NCBI GenBank assembly: GCA_964620675.1
Contig: CAZUJU010000015.1
Coordinates: forward strand, 449 to 64,448
Direction: 5' to 3'
Length of the DNA: 64,000 bases
Source: an uncultured Thiotrichales bacterium
GTDB taxonomy: Bacteria; Pseudomonadota; Gammaproteobacteria; UWMA-0217
Shown: positions 60,475 to 64,000 of the stretch, in pieces
Layout: each line of letters starts with the position of its first letter
Position numbering within the stretch: the first letter of the stretch is position 1
Made by a program: the position numbers and the translations under genes
The notes under the pieces: generated by a model
The model's database searches: none
The model's input: the letters and a program-made list of their open reading frames with translations, nothing else
What the model was told of the DNA's origin: nothing

Positions 60475-60949
60475 AACGCGCCCCCCGCTGTTTGAAGCGA
60501 CGGGTGCTGAACAGCACCTGATGCGGGATTTCTGCCAGTCCGGCCGCCTCGATCATGGCCTGGAGGTGTTGCAACACGCTGACGCGGTCGCGGCCGTGAA
60601 TCATCGTGAACAGATTGTACGGCCACAGCGGAAGGCGTCGCGGGCGGCGGTAGCACAGGCTGACGCAGTCGTACTCGCCGAGCCGGGCGCCGATCGCGCC
60701 GACGGTCTCGTCCGCCACGTTCCAAACCACCATGGCGTTGGCACGGTAGCCAAGCTCGTGGTGGCGGACCACGACGCCCAGGCGTTTGATCTGCCCTTCG
60801 TCCTTGAGGCGTTGGATGCGCGCGATGACCTCGGCTTCGGTCAGGCCGAGTTGCGTCGCGATCGCTGCATAGGGACGCGGGACCAGCGGCAGACCGGCTT
60901 GAATGGCGGCGATGAGTGCGGTGTCGGGCATCGTGAGCGTATGGGTCAT
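60452..60949 (-). CDS. nirL: Siroheme decarboxylase subunit NirL
   Basis: IKRLGVVVRHHELGYRANAMVVW and RFKQRGARY motifs. Confidence 0.88.
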   Translation of the reverse strand: MTHTLTMPDTALIAAIQAGLPLVPRPYAAIATQLGLTEAEVIARIQRLKDEGQIKRLGVVVRHHELGYRANAMVVWNVADETVGAIGARLGEYDCVSLCYRRPRRLPLWPYNLFTMIHGRDRVSVLQHLQAMIEAAGLAEIPHQVLFSTRRFKQRGARYVADASF

Positions 60950-60969
60950 GGGTTAGGGGGTTCGGCTAC

Positions 60970-61476
60970 TCAGCAGTCCCAGAGCCGAAAACCGAGGTCG
61001 ATATGGAAACTCTCCTCCATCGGCAGGTCCAGGACTTGCAGGCCGGTGGTGGCGCGGATCTCCTCCAGCACCGCGGTGACGCGTTCGCGGGTCGGCGCGG
61101 TGACGACAAACCACAAATTGAACCCGTGTTCGCGTTCGTAGTTGTGGTTGACCTCGGGATACTGGCTGACCAGATTCGCGACCGCTTCCAGGCGCCCCTC
61201 CGGCACCGGCATCGCGGCCAGCGTGCTCGCGCCGACGCGGTGGGTTTGAAACACCGGTCCGACGCGACTGACCATGCCGCGCGCGTGCAGCGATTGCAGG
61301 GTGGCGAGGACGGTCGCCTCGCTCACGCCGAGCTTGGCGGCAAGCGCGGCGTAAGGCTCCGGGGTCAGCGGGAAGTCGTGCTGAAAGTCATTCAGCAGGC
61401 GGCGTTCGAGATCACTCAACGCGGCTACGTCGCCGGCGGAAGGGAGTTCGGGCATCGGGGCGGATCGGTAGGTCAT
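60970..61476 (-). CDS. nirD: Siroheme decarboxylase subunit NirD
   Basis: VSRVGPVF, VNHNYEREH..NLWFV and HIDLGF motifs. Confidence 0.88.
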   Translation of the reverse strand: MTYRSAPMPELPSAGDVAALSDLERRLLNDFQHDFPLTPEPYAALAAKLGVSEATVLATLQSLHARGMVSRVGPVFQTHRVGASTLAAMPVPEGRLEAVANLVSQYPEVNHNYEREHGFNLWFVVTAPTRERVTAVLEEIRATTGLQVLDLPMEESFHIDLGFRLWDC

Positions 61477-61490
61477 CGTTCGCGCCTCTG

Positions 61491-62678
61491 TTAGAGCCCG
61501 ATCCGGTGGGCGCGCGGGGTGAAAAAGATCCCACTTGGTTTTGCGGCCGGGAGCGAGGTGATCTTCTTGAAGGTCGCGGTGTCGTAGACGTCGACGCGGT
61601 CTTCGTCGCGCACCGAGAGCCAGAGCTGTTCGCCGCGCGGGGTAAACTCCATGTGCATCACGCCCTTGCCGGGTTTGAAGGTGTGCACCACGGTGAGGGT
61701 TTCAGTGTCGATCACCTGAATCGTGTCATTGTCGGGGTGGGCGAAGTTGGACCAGACCTGACGCCCGTCCGGGCGTGCCATCACAAATACCGGTTGACTG
61801 TGCATCTCGATCTGCTTGACCTCTTGCCAGGACTTGCGATCCACGACCAGCACGCGGTGGTGGCCGACCGCCGGTAGGAATACCAGGTCGCCGACCGAGG
61901 CCCAGCCTTCGAGGTGCGGCATCTTGTACACCGGCAAGGCTTCGGTGCCGCGACCGTAGCGATCGAGGATCCGGCGCGGACCTTTTTCCGGCGCCCACAG
62001 GTCGAGCAAGGTCAGGCCGTCCTCGCCATACAGGCCGGCAATGTAATAGCGACCGTCCGTAGTCACCAGCGCGTCGTAGGGTTGCTGGCCTATGTCCTTA
62101 TATTTCGTGATTTTCGGGTTGGCCGGGTCGGCCAGGTCGACGAGGTGGATCTCATTGCCGTCGTACAGGCTGTAGGCGAAACGCCGCCCGGTCGTATCCT
62201 CGACGCCGACGACCTTGGAGCGTTGGGTGCCGTCGCCATAGGTGGCGGGCAGGTCGGCGACCTCGTTCAGCGTGTCGGCGTCAAAGATCTTGACCCCGCC
62301 GGGCTCATAGTTACCGACGGCGATCAGTTGCCCGTCCTGCGAGATCGCACCGCCGATCGAGTTGCCGGACTGTGCCACGCGTTTCACCAACTTGCCGCAT
62401 AACAGGTCGACCTTGGACAGGCCGCCGTCGCGGCCGAAGACGAAGGCATAGCGTTCGTCACGCGAGAACACGGCGGCGGCGTGCGACAGATCGCCGAGTC
62501 CGGTCACGCGAAACAGTTGGGTGTGCGTGCTCGATTCCACGACTTGCACGCTGCCGCTGGCGCGCTCAACGATGATGCCGAGATCGCCGGTGCCGCGCAG
62601 TTGACATTCGTTGGCCGGACTGGAAGTGGCGGCGAGCAGCGCCGCGACGGTGAACAGGTTTCGCAGCAGGTGTTTCAT
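61491..62678 (-). CDS. nirF: Heme d1 biosynthesis protein NirF
   Basis: RGTGDLG, GLGDLSHA, LPVYKMPHLEGW and PSGIFF..RAHRIGL motifs. Confidence 0.94.
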   Translation of the reverse strand: MKHLLRNLFTVAALLAATSSPANECQLRGTGDLGIIVERASGSVQVVESSTHTQLFRVTGLGDLSHAAAVFSRDERYAFVFGRDGGLSKVDLLCGKLVKRVAQSGNSIGGAISQDGQLIAVGNYEPGGVKIFDADTLNEVADLPATYGDGTQRSKVVGVEDTTGRRFAYSLYDGNEIHLVDLADPANPKITKYKDIGQQPYDALVTTDGRYYIAGLYGEDGLTLLDLWAPEKGPRRILDRYGRGTEALPVYKMPHLEGWASVGDLVFLPAVGHHRVLVVDRKSWQEVKQIEMHSQPVFVMARPDGRQVWSNFAHPDNDTIQVIDTETLTVVHTFKPGKGVMHMEFTPRGEQLWLSVRDEDRVDVYDTATFKKITSLPAAKPSGIFFTPRAHRIGL

Positions 62679-63100
62679 TGATCAGGTCCTTGGCGCATCA
62701 ATTGAATCAAGAAGTCGACTTCGATCTCGTTGAGCAGGGCCTTCCACGGCGGCATCGGTTTGCCGGGAATGCCTTCTAGGATCACGGTGCGGAGGTAGAA
62801 GTCGGGCTTGTCTTTGAGATTCTCCGGCAACAACGGCGTACCCAGTCCGCCGCGCATGGTCAGGCCATGGCAGGAGCCGCAGTCCTGAACGAAAAAATTG
62901 CGCAGTTCCTGCTCGCGCGCTGCGGTCAGGTCGGCCCAGGCGCCGGTCGCGGTGCTCAGCAACGCCAGGCTTAACGCCAAAGGCGGTAGAACGGCGGCGA
63001 GTCGGTGGTGCCGCGCGGGGTTCGCGCGGGTCGGCGCGTGGGGCGCCGAGGCGAATGGGGCGACCGCGCGACGATCGGGAATTTTTTCACAGGCTCTCAC
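62675..63100 (-). CDS. nirC: Cytochrome c55X NirC
   Basis: QDCGSCHG.T..GGLG..L, G.PG.PMPPW; GGGAGA RBS before the GTG. Confidence 0.9.
   Translation of the reverse strand: MRACEKIPDRRAVAPFASAPHAPTRANPARHHRLAAVLPPLALSLALLSTATGAWADLTAAREQELRNFFVQDCGSCHGLTMRGGLGTPLLPENLKDKPDFYLRTVILEGIPGKPMPPWKALLNEIEVDFLIQLMRQGPDQ
63067..63097. repeat. Terminal fragment of the repeat found in nirJ, at the nirC 5' end
   Basis: CGCGACGATCGGGAATTTTTTCACAGGCTCT versus CGCGACGATCGGGGATATTGTCACAGGCTCT at 59339-59369. Confidence 0.7.
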
Positions 63101-63163
63101 TTTATGTCTCCCAAAGACGCCGTGAGGTGGCGGTTGCGGGCCGCAGCGGCGTCTACTTCAATT

Positions 63164-63943
63164 CTAGCCATGAACGTGCGCCCTGACCTGCGCGGGGTGA
63201 ATCACGTCGCCGAATTCCACAGCGGGTGCGGCAGCGAGCTCGACCACCCGCCCGATCACGATCAGGGTCGGCGGCTCAAAGGTCGCGACCCAGGGGTCGT
63301 GCTCGATGCGTTCGAGCGTGGTGACGTGAATGCGTTGGTGCGGCGTGCTGGCGTTCTGCAGCAGTGCGATTGGGGTATCGGCGCTGCGTCCGGCGCGACG
63401 CAACCGGGCGGCGATCCGGTCGAGGTTACGCAAGCCCATGTAAACAACCACCGTGGTGGTCTCGTTGGCGAGCGCATGCCAGTCGAAATCGGGCAGTTGG
63501 TCGTCGTGCGCGTTGCCGGTGACAAAGGTCACGCTGTTGGCGAGCCCGCGGTGAGTCAGTGGAAAGCCGTACCCAGCCGTGGCCGCGGCAGTGGTGATGC
63601 CCGGAATGACTTCGACCTCGATCTGCCGTTGTTGCAGGTAGAGCATTTCCTCGCCGCCACGGCCGAACAGGAACGGGTCGCCGCCTTTCAGGCGGACCAC
63701 CCGCGCATGCCGGCGCGCGAGGCGCAACAGCAACAGATTGATCTCGGGCTGGGTCAGATGGTGGTTGCCGCGCGCCTTGCCGGCGTACACGCGGACGCAC
63801 CCCGGGGGCAGTAGGTCGAGGATCTCGGCCGAGACCAGGCGGTCGTACACCACCGCATCGGCGGTTTCGAGTCGCCGTACCGCCTTGAGGGTGAGGAGTT
63901 CCGGGTCGCCCGGTCCGGCGCCAATCAAGGTGACCTTGCCCAT
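63164..63943 (-). CDS. nirE: Uroporphyrinogen-III C-methyltransferase (NirE/CobA)
   Basis: GAGPGDPELLT and RLKGGDPFLFGRGGEE motifs; inside the nir operon; GGAGG RBS. Confidence 0.93.
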   Translation of the reverse strand: MGKVTLIGAGPGDPELLTLKAVRRLETADAVVYDRLVSAEILDLLPPGCVRVYAGKARGNHHLTQPEINLLLLRLARRHARVVRLKGGDPFLFGRGGEEMLYLQQRQIEVEVIPGITTAAATAGYGFPLTHRGLANSVTFVTGNAHDDQLPDFDWHALANETTTVVVYMGLRNLDRIAARLRRAGRSADTPIALLQNASTPHQRIHVTTLERIEHDPWVATFEPPTLIVIGRVVELAAAPAVEFGDVIHPAQVRAHVHG

Positions 63944-64000
63944 CTGTTAGCCTCCAACTTCTGTGGTGTGAGTCCGCTACAACTGCCTTGGAAATGCCGC

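Overview
GC-rich bacterial chromosomal window, most consistent with a denitrifying, polarly flagellated gammaproteobacterium (fleQ/fleR, flhF/flhG, rnf-nth, recJ-prfB-lysS). Left to right: a diheme cytochrome c; an MFS transporter; an MNIO (DUF692) RiPP cluster of the oxazolin/bufferin type with an 8x (E/D)GKCG precursor; an NdvA/ChvA-like ABC exporter; TauE; DUF1841; nth; rnfABCDGE; two Gfo/Idh/MocA oxidoreductases plus a GT4; yeaD; slyD; an SDR; a ~27.5 kb flagellar region (flaG to fliA); recJ; prfB (programmed frameshift); lysS; a DNR-type regulator; and the heme d1 biosynthesis operon nirE-C-F-D-L-G-H-J-N. The flagellar region looks rewired. (1) The flagellin slot upstream of flaG holds no fliC but a near-consensus sigma28 promoter driving a ~185-nt GGA-rich, hairpin-terminated putative sRNA. 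(2) A neighbouring putative CRP-activated ~105-nt sRNA has a seed complementary to the fliD and fliS ribosome-binding sites. (3) fleS is absent and FleR carries Glu at the phospho-Asp54 position. (4) fliL is absent and a PAS-4HB-HAMP-PAS hybrid chemoreceptor lies between fliK and fliM. (5) The che/mot block between fliA and DUF2802 is missing. A palindromic repeat is also inserted in frame in nirJ. All calls were made by eye from motifs and synteny; no database searches were run.
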